NCBI GenBank assembly: GCA_029268645.1
Contig: JAQWNI010000058.1
Coordinates: 905 to 64,904 of the forward strand
Source of the DNA: Myxococcota bacterium
Lineage (GTDB): Bacteria > Myxococcota_A > UBA9160 > UBA4427
DNA length: 64,000 nucleotides
Reading direction: 5' to 3'
Part shown: piece after piece, positions 8,407 to 16,770 of the stretch
Layout: each line of letters begins with the position of its first letter
Position numbering within the stretch: the first letter of the stretch is position 1
Position numbers and translations under genes: made by a program
The notes under the pieces: generated by a model
Told to the model about the DNA's origin: nothing
Seen by the model: the letters and a program-made list of their open reading frames with translations, nothing else
Databases searched by the model: none

Positions 8407-9660
8407 ATGACAGCCTCTCATCGCTCGCCATCAGTTCGACATGCCGTTACGAAAAATGAAGACTGGCAAGAGCGAAAAGAGCGCGCCATCGCGCGAGGGC
8501 AAGGAAACAGTTTCCCCATCTACGTCGAACGGGCTGAAAATTCAGAGCTCTGGGACGTCGAAGGCAATCGGTACATCGACTTTGCCTCGGGAATCGCGGT
8601 GTGCAACACCGGCCACATCCATCCCCGGGTCAAGACCGCCATGATCGAGCAGATCGAGCGCTTCTCACACACCTGCGTCATGGTAACCCCCTATGCCTCC
8701 GCGGTGGAACTCGCCGAAAAACTCGGCGAGTTGGTGCCTGGCGATCGTCCGAAGAAAACAACTTTCGTGACCACTGGTGCTGAAGCGGTTGAAAACGCTG
8801 TCAAAATTGCAAGGGCCCACACGGGCAGACGCGGTGTCGTCGCCTTTCACGGCGGTTTCCACGGCCGGACGCTTCTCGCTATGGGACTGACAGGCAAAGT
8901 GGATCCCTACAAGAATCTATTCGGTCCTTTCCCTGCCGACGTATTCCACGTGCCCTTTCCCGCTGAATACCATGGCGTCTCCGTAGATCATTCCATCGCG
9001 GCACTTGAGATGCTCTTCAAGGTCGATATTCCCACCTCCGACGTAGCCGCCATCATTGTCGAACCGGTACAGGGAGAAGGCGGCTTTTATGCCGCCCCTC
9101 CGGAGTTTCTCCAGCAGCTACGGGCCATCTGCGATGAACACGGCATCGTTCTCATCGCCGATGAGATTCAATCAGGTTTTGCAAGAACCGGGCGCTTCTT
9201 TTGTAGCGAGTACGCGGGCATCGAACCGGACTTGGTGACCATCGCCAAAGGCGTAGCGGGCGGGTTTCCCATTGCGGCGGTTGTCGGCGTTGCGGAGGTG
9301 ATGGATGCCCCGTTGCCTGGAGGATTGGGCGGAACATACGCGGGTTCACCCGTTGGTTGCGAGGCTGCACTCGCTGTGATCGATGTGATCGAAGAGGAGA
9401 ATCTTGTTGAAGCGGCGAAACGAATCGGGGAGCGAATGGGCGAATCGCTCCGAGCGTTGCAATCTCGCTATCCCGACGTGATCGGAGACGTCCGCTCCGA
9501 AAGAGGAGCGATGGTCGCGATCGAACTCGTCAGAGAAGGCGATGCCGAGCAGCCCAACCCTGAACTGACCAAGGCACTCGTCGCGGAGGCGGCCCAACGC
9601 GGCCTTCTGCTTCTTCTTGCGGAATTCGAGGCAACGTCATCCCGTTCCTACCCCCGCTGA
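8407..9660 (+). CDS. gabT: 4-aminobutyrate--2-oxoglutarate aminotransferase (class III PLP); apparent 1-nt deletion near 9613..9617, conserved C-terminus continues in another frame to 9737
   Basis: Collinear with E. coli GabT as I recall it (WDVEGNRYIDFASGIAVCNTGH, VEPVQGEGGF, ADEIQSGFARTG, GGLGGTYAGSP). After ...AQRGLLLL the ORF ends in unrelated residues. The -1 frame instead reads SCGIRGNVIPFLPPLTIPDAILQEGLEALEACFGRLISGD* (stop 9735..9737). Confidence 0.9.
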   Translation: MTASHRSPSVRHAVTKNEDWQERKERAIARGQGNSFPIYVERAENSELWDVEGNRYIDFASGIAVCNTGHIHPRVKTAMIEQIERFSHTCVMVTPYASAVELAEKLGELVPGDRPKKTTFVTTGAEAVENAVKIARAHTGRRGVVAFHGGFHGRTLLAMGLTGKVDPYKNLFGPFPADVFHVPFPAEYHGVSVDHSIAALEMLFKVDIPTSDVAAIIVEPVQGEGGFYAAPPEFLQQLRAICDEHGIVLIADEIQSGFARTGRFFCSEYAGIEPDLVTIAKGVAGGFPIAAVVGVAEVMDAPLPGGLGGTYAGSPVGCEAALAVIDVIEEENLVEAAKRIGERMGESLRALQSRYPDVIGDVRSERGAMVAIELVREGDAEQPNPELTKALVAEAAQRGLLLLLAEFEATSSRSYPR

Positions 9661-9785
9661 CTATTCCCGATGCCATCTTGCAGGAGGGCCTAGAAGCCCT
9701 TGAGGCTTGTTTCGGCCGATTGATCTCTGGTGACTAACTAGACGCCCGGCCGTTCGTTTGTCCTCACAGCCAACGAGGAGTTCGG

Positions 9786-10778
9786 ATGAAGCTCGTCAAA
9801 CCGACTGCTGAGGAGGGCGTGGCTGGAATGCGCGCGATGGCAACCATTGCCCATGCTCGACGACCCGTCGCCGAACCCACCCGTCGCTTGATCGAGGCGG
9901 GACAAAGAGTGCTTCTCGGAAAAGTTCAGGACATCGATTCACTCGATTCAATCTCTCCTTCTGATCTCGCCGATCAAATCCAACGCCAAGAGATTCGCGA
10001 ACAGCTCGTCAGCGGAATGGTCCTGGCGGGATTCTCGTCGGGCGAGCCGCCTGTCGCCCAAGCGGAGATGATTCAAAGCTTTGCCCAGGCTCTCGATGTC
10101 CAGGGCCCGCAGTTGAAAGCCATCGAAAGGCTCGCGCATCACGACCTCCTGTTCTTCAAGCTCTGTGTTCTCCGAAACGGCCATATTCCCGACATGATTA
10201 AAGAAATCTATCGGGAGAGCGGCGCGCGAGGCGTTATTAAAAGTCTCGCCAATCTAAGAGGACATCACGAGGATCCGGCCATCGCGGCACGGTTCCAAGC
10301 GTGGGCAAAACTGCCCCCCGGAACATTGGGATCCGCTGTCTTCCATCACTACCGGGCAAACGGTTTCGCCCTCCCGGGTGAGCGAGGCGGGTTTCCAGAA
10401 CAAGGTGTCTACCACGACATCAGCCACGTTCTAGCCGGCTACGACACCAGCCCCCAAGGCGAAACACTCGTCGGGGGATTTATCGCCGGCTATCGCGAGA
10501 ATCGACCCGACCGAGGCCTCTTTACGGCCTTATTTGTGCTGAGCATCTTCAGTGCCGGAGTCGACGTCACGCCCATTGACGTGGGCGCCAAGACGGGAAC
10601 CATCGGAGATGTCGCCGAGCGCTTCTTGCTCGCCATCGAAAGAGGATCGCAATTGTCCCAGGACCTCTCGGACGAGTGGGATTTTTGGGACTACATCGAG
10701 CTTCCGCTCAATGAAGCCCGAGAGCGACTTGGTGTGCCGCGCAAAACGCTCTTCGGCTCCGGCGACACCTCCGACTAG
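9786..10778 (+). CDS. Coq4-family (HDxxH-x11-E motif) protein, function unknown in bacteria
   Basis: YHDISHVLAGYDTSPQGE fits the Coq4 metal-binding motif HDxxH-x11-E exactly. GAGGAG RBS lies upstream. The gene starts 48 bp after the repaired gabT end. Confidence 0.6.
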   Translation: MKLVKPTAEEGVAGMRAMATIAHARRPVAEPTRRLIEAGQRVLLGKVQDIDSLDSISPSDLADQIQRQEIREQLVSGMVLAGFSSGEPPVAQAEMIQSFAQALDVQGPQLKAIERLAHHDLLFFKLCVLRNGHIPDMIKEIYRESGARGVIKSLANLRGHHEDPAIAARFQAWAKLPPGTLGSAVFHHYRANGFALPGERGGFPEQGVYHDISHVLAGYDTSPQGETLVGGFIAGYRENRPDRGLFTALFVLSIFSAGVDVTPIDVGAKTGTIGDVAERFLLAIERGSQLSQDLSDEWDFWDYIELPLNEARERLGVPRKTLFGSGDTSD

Positions 10779-10799
10779 TCGACGGGAAAGAAGAACCGG

Positions 10800-11813
10800 T
10801 CAGACAATGCGGTAGTTATCTATCTGGACTTCTTTGCCCACGTTCGAATAGTCGCCGGAAGATCGAAGGGCTCGGAATTCGCTCCAATCAACCGGCCGGT
10901 AGCGCGGGGGCGCATCCATACACAACTCGGGCAACGGCTCATAGCGGGCAGAGGACGAGGGATTAAAGAAAAAAGGCGCGCTGAACCTTTCCTGGCTCCG
11001 ACTAGCGATAACCCGATGCAAAGGCGCCCGGTAACGATCATTCGAGTACACCTGAACGACATCGCCGATGTTCACGATGAGGTCATCCGGCTCACCTTGA
11101 ATTCCGTGCCACACCTCATCTCGCATGAACTGAAGACCGGCGTTTCCATCCTGCAGGAGAATGGTCAACGCCCCCGCATCCGTATGGTGGCCAATCCCTA
11201 GACGACCCAACTTAGGAATGGTCGTGGAGGAAGACGGGGCCGGATCATCACAGAGAGGGTAGAAATTGAGTCGAAGAAAACTCGTGTGATCGAGAAAGTC
11301 CGACCGCCGGGGGGAGAAGTCGGCTCGCAATGAACGAAAGATGGCGTGCAGAAGCACCCATGAGATTTCCTCGGCCGCCTGAAAAAACGCTTCAACGACG
11401 GATTTCAACGAGGGCTGCTGATCCGGCCACTGGGGTGTATCCGTGCCCTCCTTTCGCCCTACATCAAAAATCTCTTTCCAGTCTCGACGGTTCTTGGTCA
11501 ATTCCCGATCGTAAAACCCCCAAGAGTTCTCTTCGGTTCTCAGGACCTGATGCTTCGATTCTGCGGACAGAGCGAAGAATGCGGCAGCTTCTCGAAGCAG
11601 CCCCGTCCTGAGGGGGCGCGGCATCCTATGATTTTTTAAGTGGAAGAAACCCCATTCCGAACAAGCCCTTCCGAGCTCACTCAGCTGGTGGTCGTGATCC
11701 AACTGAGAAAAATCGATCGTGAGGATTTCCATCTGAACTTTCATGGAATGGGAGGCTTTGGCGTCTACCCAGGTCGGAATGCTGATCGAATCGACACAGG
11801 CGTAGGGGCGCAA
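10800..11813 (-). CDS. 2-oxoglutarate/Fe(II)-dependent oxygenase (isopenicillin-N-synthase-like family)
   Basis: HTDAGALTILLQD ... RYRAPLHRV supplies the HxD...H triad and the RxS region (RFSAPFFFNP). The N-terminal ILTIDFSQL is typical of the family. The start may be internal (ATG 11744 or 11732). Confidence 0.8.
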   Translation of the reverse strand: MRPYACVDSISIPTWVDAKASHSMKVQMEILTIDFSQLDHDHQLSELGRACSEWGFFHLKNHRMPRPLRTGLLREAAAFFALSAESKHQVLRTEENSWGFYDRELTKNRRDWKEIFDVGRKEGTDTPQWPDQQPSLKSVVEAFFQAAEEISWVLLHAIFRSLRADFSPRRSDFLDHTSFLRLNFYPLCDDPAPSSSTTIPKLGRLGIGHHTDAGALTILLQDGNAGLQFMRDEVWHGIQGEPDDLIVNIGDVVQVYSNDRYRAPLHRVIASRSQERFSAPFFFNPSSSARYEPLPELCMDAPPRYRPVDWSEFRALRSSGDYSNVGKEVQIDNYRIV

Positions 11814-11822
11814 CGCGAGAAT

Positions 11823-13181
11823 TTATCGAAAACTTTCGCCGGCAGCACCATTCGGTTGCTTCGCCAGAGCGTCCAACTCGGCCCGCACTTCGTCATGACG
11901 GGCTTTGGTGATCGGAAACCGAAATAGAAACAACGCCCCAAGGGCCATCAGCACGGCAGGCAACGCACCATAAATCATCATCAGCCGCCCCTGAATGATC
12001 GGCGCAGGCGGACTGTCGGAGGGCGAATAACCCGCGAGGGAAGGCAGGACCGTCGCAAGCACAACGCCCAGAGCAAGCGAAAGCTTGATCGCCATGCCCC
12101 ATACCGCGAAAAAGAGCCCCGATCGCTGCTCACCACTTTCGAGGGTGTCGACGTCGATGACATCGGCCGCAATGGAATTCGCGATGAAAAGAATCGAAGC
12201 AAAACTCGACCCACGGATGACGATGATGGCCGTCATCCAGTTGACTTCACCCTCTCGCATAAAAATCAGCGGCAGACTCCAAAAGGCCAGCCAAAGCGCG
12301 GCGGCCATCAAAGTCCGATGTTTCCCGAAGCGAACCGATAGAGCCAGCCAAACCGGAACCGCAGCCAAGGTTCCTAGATTTTCGAGCAAAATCATCAGAG
12401 GGAACCGACTTTGATCGAGCATGACATCAGCCAAGACAAGCCGGTGCAGCGTGCCCTGCACGGCGACTCCGGAAACAAACAGAAGGACGCAGCCGATCAT
12501 TCTCAAAAAGGCGGGATTGCGAGCGACAATCGCAAGTCCAGCCCAGATGCTTCGATTCGGATGGACATAGTATTCCGGGGGGCGCTCTTGGACGAAAAGT
12601 ACGCAGAGGCCGAGGAGCAGTGGCAAGAGAAAGACCACGGCGATGGCGATAAAATGAAGTTGGGTCGAAGCGGCTTCGACCCCGTCAGCCGCCAGCCAGA
12701 CGAGACCGGCCAAGAGGGCAACTTGGCCTGCGGTTGCAATCGCCTCTCGCCAACCCGTGATGCGTGTCCGCTCATCGTAATCTGTCGAAATTTCAGCGCC
12801 CCATGCCTTATGGGGCAAGTCGATCAGAGTAAAACCAAGGTAAAGCGCCGCAGACCAAAAGAGTAAATAGGCCGCAGAGACTTCCGGCCCTGGCACGAAG
12901 ATCTTCCAAAGAGAAAAGAGAAAGAGAGGGGCCCCGATAACCATCCAGGGCTTTCTGCGCCCGCCCGGAATACGAAGACGATCGCTGAGAGAACCGATCA
13001 ACGGGTCCGTGACGACATCGAGCAAGCGAGAAAGCGCGATGGCGATTCCCACCGACGCCAGAGGGACTCCTAAATCGCCTGCATAAAATGCGGGGACAAA
13101 GAGCGCCATGGGTAACGCGGCCACCGAAGTGACGAGAGATGGAGCAGAGTAAGCGATCAGCCTCGGCCCAGAGAGCCTCAT
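11823..13181 (-). CDS. MFS transporter, glycoside-pentoside-hexuronide (GPH/MelB-like) family
   Basis: 452 aa, polytopic. Contains the GPH signature DPLIGSLSDRLRIPGGRRKPW. The start overlaps the upstream stop as ATGA. Confidence 0.8.
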   Translation of the reverse strand: MRLSGPRLIAYSAPSLVTSVAALPMALFVPAFYAGDLGVPLASVGIAIALSRLLDVVTDPLIGSLSDRLRIPGGRRKPWMVIGAPLFLFSLWKIFVPGPEVSAAYLLFWSAALYLGFTLIDLPHKAWGAEISTDYDERTRITGWREAIATAGQVALLAGLVWLAADGVEAASTQLHFIAIAVVFLLPLLLGLCVLFVQERPPEYYVHPNRSIWAGLAIVARNPAFLRMIGCVLLFVSGVAVQGTLHRLVLADVMLDQSRFPLMILLENLGTLAAVPVWLALSVRFGKHRTLMAAALWLAFWSLPLIFMREGEVNWMTAIIVIRGSSFASILFIANSIAADVIDVDTLESGEQRSGLFFAVWGMAIKLSLALGVVLATVLPSLAGYSPSDSPPAPIIQGRLMMIYGALPAVLMALGALFLFRFPITKARHDEVRAELDALAKQPNGAAGESFR

Positions 13182-14056
13182 TGATTCTTCTTTTCTAAGT
13201 CCGCGAGCGAGTCTCGAGCCTGCTCTTGAATACGCACATCTTCGATATAGAAGGCGGGGCGAGGGGGCGTTTTGGAAATCTGTTCTAAGAGACTGACGGC
13301 TTCCTGTCTACGTCCAGGCTCCCGCTCAAGCAAAACCAAAGCCAGAACCAAACGGTTCCCAGGATGATCGGGGTCAAGCTGATAAGCACGCTCAGCCAAC
13401 GGCAAGGCTTCCTTCCGATCAACCCAGCCCGAAACGAAAGGAACTCTCGGGAGCGTTGCATTCAGTCGCGAAAGCAAACGGAGTGCTCCACCTTGGTCGA
13501 CGCTGGGGTCGAGGTCCAGCGAGCGTTGGGCATCATCCTGCATGCGCTTCGCAACGCCCTCTCGAACGATCGTCAAGAGCCCGACACGCTGGGCGCGCAT
13601 ACCCCAAGCAATCGAACTCCAAAAAAGGACGCGCGCTTGATCTGGCTTCGTCCCAGATTCGTCTCCCGAATCTCCTCCCGGAGTTTGGGCCAGTGCAATG
13701 GCCTCTTTCACGTATTGATCCTGCCTAGGTTCAGAAAGTGAGCTGAAATCCACGGCATATTGAAGCGCTCGAAGCAGCTTCCAACGGGCCTCCAAAGATT
13801 CTGGAGACCCTGACAGGGTTTTTCGGTATTGCAGAATTGCTTCTTCGATGTTTCGAGGATCGGCGCGGTCGCCTTCGATCTTTTCGGCCCTTAGGGACCA
13901 AGCGCGATCGCCTGCGGCGATCTCAGCGCAAACCTCGGCTGGGCTCAGGGAGAGTAAAAGAAGAGCTCCGAACATTCCTAACGAAAGGAGACACCCGGCT
14001 CGACGAAAGGCTTTTTCCATCTCCGGAGAATAGAGCCCGCTCGGCCCTTGGAACAT
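13178..14056 (-). CDS. secreted TPR-like protein, tentatively TatT-like (TRAP-associated TPR component family)
   Basis: Signal-like N-terminus (CLLSLGMFGALLLLSLSPAEV). The segment ...VLFWSSIAWG...RSLDLDPSVDQGGALRLL...AERAYQLDP resembles the TatT family pattern as I recall it. Not verified. Confidence 0.45.
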   Translation of the reverse strand: MFQGPSGLYSPEMEKAFRRAGCLLSLGMFGALLLLSLSPAEVCAEIAAGDRAWSLRAEKIEGDRADPRNIEEAILQYRKTLSGSPESLEARWKLLRALQYAVDFSSLSEPRQDQYVKEAIALAQTPGGDSGDESGTKPDQARVLFWSSIAWGMRAQRVGLLTIVREGVAKRMQDDAQRSLDLDPSVDQGGALRLLSRLNATLPRVPFVSGWVDRKEALPLAERAYQLDPDHPGNRLVLALVLLEREPGRRQEAVSLLEQISKTPPRPAFYIEDVRIQEQARDSLADLEKKNQ

Positions 14057-14084
14057 CCGCCCTCTCTTGGCTTCGCAGCTCTTT

Positions 14085-15332
14085 TCAGGCCTGAGTCAAC
14101 ACGGGAAGGCTGAGGTGCCGATGCCAACCAGGCATTTTGGCAATTTGAGGTGCGCCCCCCGACTCATCCAGTCTCAATTTCGGATAGCGCGTAAAAATTT
14201 TCTCCAGCGCCACCCGAGCTTCCATCAGAGCAAGCTGGCGTCCCAGACAAAAGTGCGGTCCAAAACCAAAACCCAGGTGATGGTTCGGGGATCGAGTCAC
14301 ATTGAATGTCCCAGGGTCCTCGAATGCTCTTGGGTCATGGTTCGCTGCACCGAGCATCGGCATACACGGCCTACCCCGTGGGATCTTCACACCATGAAGG
14401 GTAACGTCTTCCACCGCATACAAGAATTTGGTGGCATGAATTGGGCCCCGATATCGGACAATTTCTTCAACGGCCGACCCCCAGTGGGACGGGTCGGCCC
14501 GCAGGGCCGCAAGCTGCTGTGGATGCTGGATTAAGGCCAAAGCGCCGTTTGTAATCAGGTGCAGGGTCGTTTCAAAGCCCCCCACGATGAGCAGAAACAC
14601 CATCGCGACCAGTTCGTCCTCGGTGAGGCGCTCTCCGTCTTCCTCGGCCTCGAGGAGCTCGGACAGGATGTCCTCGCCCGGCTGCTTTCTCTTTCGCGCA
14701 ATCAGCTCGCGAACAATTCGATGGGCGCGACGGATGTCCCAAAAGAGAGTCCGGACCACCTTGAGGCCCGTAAGCCCTTGAGTCACTGTTTGCATCACTT
14801 CACCAAATTGATCCGCTTCACGACCCGTTACGCCCACCATCCCTGCAATCACTCGCATTGGGATCGGTCGGGCGTAAGCGGAGAGAAGATCGACCGGTCT
14901 CGTCTGAGAATCCAGTGCATCAAGCATCTGGTCGGCAAGGTCCGACACTTGCCCAGACAGGGTCGCGACTGCCCGAGGGGAAAAGCCTTTGTTGACGAGA
15001 TTTCGAAGCCGCCGATGCTCGGGATCGTCTTCGAGGATCATGCTTTGTGCCAAAGCGGCAATCGAGCGTGGCAGGGGAAAGGGCAGTGGACTTGATCCCT
15101 TTCCTCTTGCGCGTCCTCGGTTTCTCAGAAATCGAGGATCGCTGAGGACCATCCGGCAATCCTCATAACGCGAGATCAGATTCACCTTCATCACACTAAT
15201 TTTGCCTGTGCAAACCGGGGCCTCCTCGCGCATCCACTCGTACCAAAGATATTTATGGTCGTGGAAGTCTTGCGTGTTCAGATTCACAGGAGCACGAGGA
15301 TCGAATTCCAGTTGTGCGCTCGCCGAGGCCAA
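14085..15332 (-). CDS. cytochrome P450
   Basis: Haem-binding loop FGFGPHFCLGRQLA, EXXR motif (ETTL..., EEIVRYR) and I-helix-like GGFETT. TTG start with GGGAG 6 nt upstream. Confidence 0.9.
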   Translation of the reverse strand: MASASAQLEFDPRAPVNLNTQDFHDHKYLWYEWMREEAPVCTGKISVMKVNLISRYEDCRMVLSDPRFLRNRGRARGKGSSPLPFPLPRSIAALAQSMILEDDPEHRRLRNLVNKGFSPRAVATLSGQVSDLADQMLDALDSQTRPVDLLSAYARPIPMRVIAGMVGVTGREADQFGEVMQTVTQGLTGLKVVRTLFWDIRRAHRIVRELIARKRKQPGEDILSELLEAEEDGERLTEDELVAMVFLLIVGGFETTLHLITNGALALIQHPQQLAALRADPSHWGSAVEEIVRYRGPIHATKFLYAVEDVTLHGVKIPRGRPCMPMLGAANHDPRAFEDPGTFNVTRSPNHHLGFGFGPHFCLGRQLALMEARVALEKIFTRYPKLRLDESGGAPQIAKMPGWHRHLSLPVLTQA

Positions 15333-15439
15333 GAACTTCTCCCTTCAGACTCTTTTTCACATTGATCCACAAGTATCGCGCATCGCGGCGGCCCCTTCAT
15401 CACGGCCAGCAGGCCACCTCACTTCGATCCTGACAATTC

Positions 15440-15478
15440 TCAATCATTTCCGTTGTCTCTTCTGCTCTGTCAATCATT
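15440..15478. repeat. exact 9-bp direct repeat TCAATCATT x2, 30-bp period, in the P450/MBL divergent intergenic region
   Basis: Copies at 15440..15448 and 15470..15478, read directly from the sequence. Function unknown: either an operator or part of a 34-codon sORF (see findings). Confidence 0.5.
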
Positions 15479-15676
15479 CTTGCAATGGTTTTCGGCTTCA
15501 GCATCGTCCGATCGCTTGCGCCACACTCTACATCCTAGGATTTGGGGGTATCCGACTTTGGACAAGAACGCCTTCTCCTTAAATTCCCGGCGTGCTAAAA
15601 ATGGCTTCTGACCCAGCCCAAAAAGTCATCCACGGAGCCTACGAGTGCGAGTTGAAAAAAAGATCAAAGTGGCCCT

Positions 15677-16708
15677 ATGCCCATGAAGCGCGGGGTGCTT
15701 TGGGGACTTGGATTACTGGTCTTGATCATCGCCGGATTGGGTCTCTTTCTCAAAAGTTATACCCCTGCGGCTGTCGACCCAGCCTGGAGAACCGAAGGAG
15801 TCAGCGAGATTCCGCAAGGGGCGGTCACCGTTCGTTATACCGGAACTTCAACTCTGCTCTTTTCGGACGGCGAAACCAGTTGGATCGTTGACGGCTGGTT
15901 TAGCCGCCCCGGCCTATTTCAGTTGCTCTTCGGGAAAATCGAACCCGACCTCGACGCCATCGAGTACGGTCTGGCTCAAAACAAGATCGACCAGTTGGCG
16001 GTCGTCATTCCGGTTCACTCCCACTACGACCACGCGATGGACTCTCCAGAAGTCGCCAAAAGAACGGGGGCCATCCTGCTGGGCTCGGAATCCACCGCGA
16101 ACATCGCCCGCGGCTGGGGACTTGCCGAGTCGCAAATTCAAATTGCTCAGAACCACCAGCCCATTCAATTTGGCCAATTTAAAATCACCCTGATCGAAAC
16201 TCGTCATTTCCAGTTCCCCGATCCCACCATCGCGGAACGGGCCTTAGCTGATCCAGAAATTGAAGACCCCGTGGTTCCTCCGGTTCCGGCGCTTGACTAT
16301 CGCCTCGGCCAGCCTTACGCAGTCCACGTGTCTCATCCCCTTGGAAGCTGGCTGATCCAAGGCAGCGCGGGTTTCATCCAGGGAGGTCTCGAGGGCTACC
16401 CGGCCGAGGTGGTCTTCCTTGGAACGGGAGGGCTCGGCACCCAAACCGCGGAATACCGAGAAACCTATTGGAAAGAGACCGTGGAAACGACTGGGGCCAA
16501 ACGAATCATACCTGTTCACTGGGACAGCCTAACTGGACCAATTCAAGGACCCTTCACCGGTCCAAGCCGGGCAGCCAGCTTCCTGAGCGATGACGGTGAG
16601 AAAAATCTTTCGTTCCTCAAGGCCAAAGAAAGTGAGGATCCGACGCTTCAATTCGAGACGCTTCCTCGGTACGACCCCGTCATCCTGTTCTCACCCCTGT
16701 CCGACTGA
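15677..16708 (+). CDS. MBL-fold metallo-hydrolase, membrane-anchored or secreted
   Basis: HSHYDHAMDS is the HxHxDH motif. Hydrophobic N-terminal segment VLWGLGLLVLIIAGLGLFL. Confidence 0.8.
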   Translation: MPMKRGVLWGLGLLVLIIAGLGLFLKSYTPAAVDPAWRTEGVSEIPQGAVTVRYTGTSTLLFSDGETSWIVDGWFSRPGLFQLLFGKIEPDLDAIEYGLAQNKIDQLAVVIPVHSHYDHAMDSPEVAKRTGAILLGSESTANIARGWGLAESQIQIAQNHQPIQFGQFKITLIETRHFQFPDPTIAERALADPEIEDPVVPPVPALDYRLGQPYAVHVSHPLGSWLIQGSAGFIQGGLEGYPAEVVFLGTGGLGTQTAEYRETYWKETVETTGAKRIIPVHWDSLTGPIQGPFTGPSRAASFLSDDGEKNLSFLKAKESEDPTLQFETLPRYDPVILFSPLSD

Positions 16709-16770
16709 TCCTTTGCCCACCAACCGGAAGAGTGAGAGATGGGTCAAAGCTCCTCCCCCTGCCGATCCCA

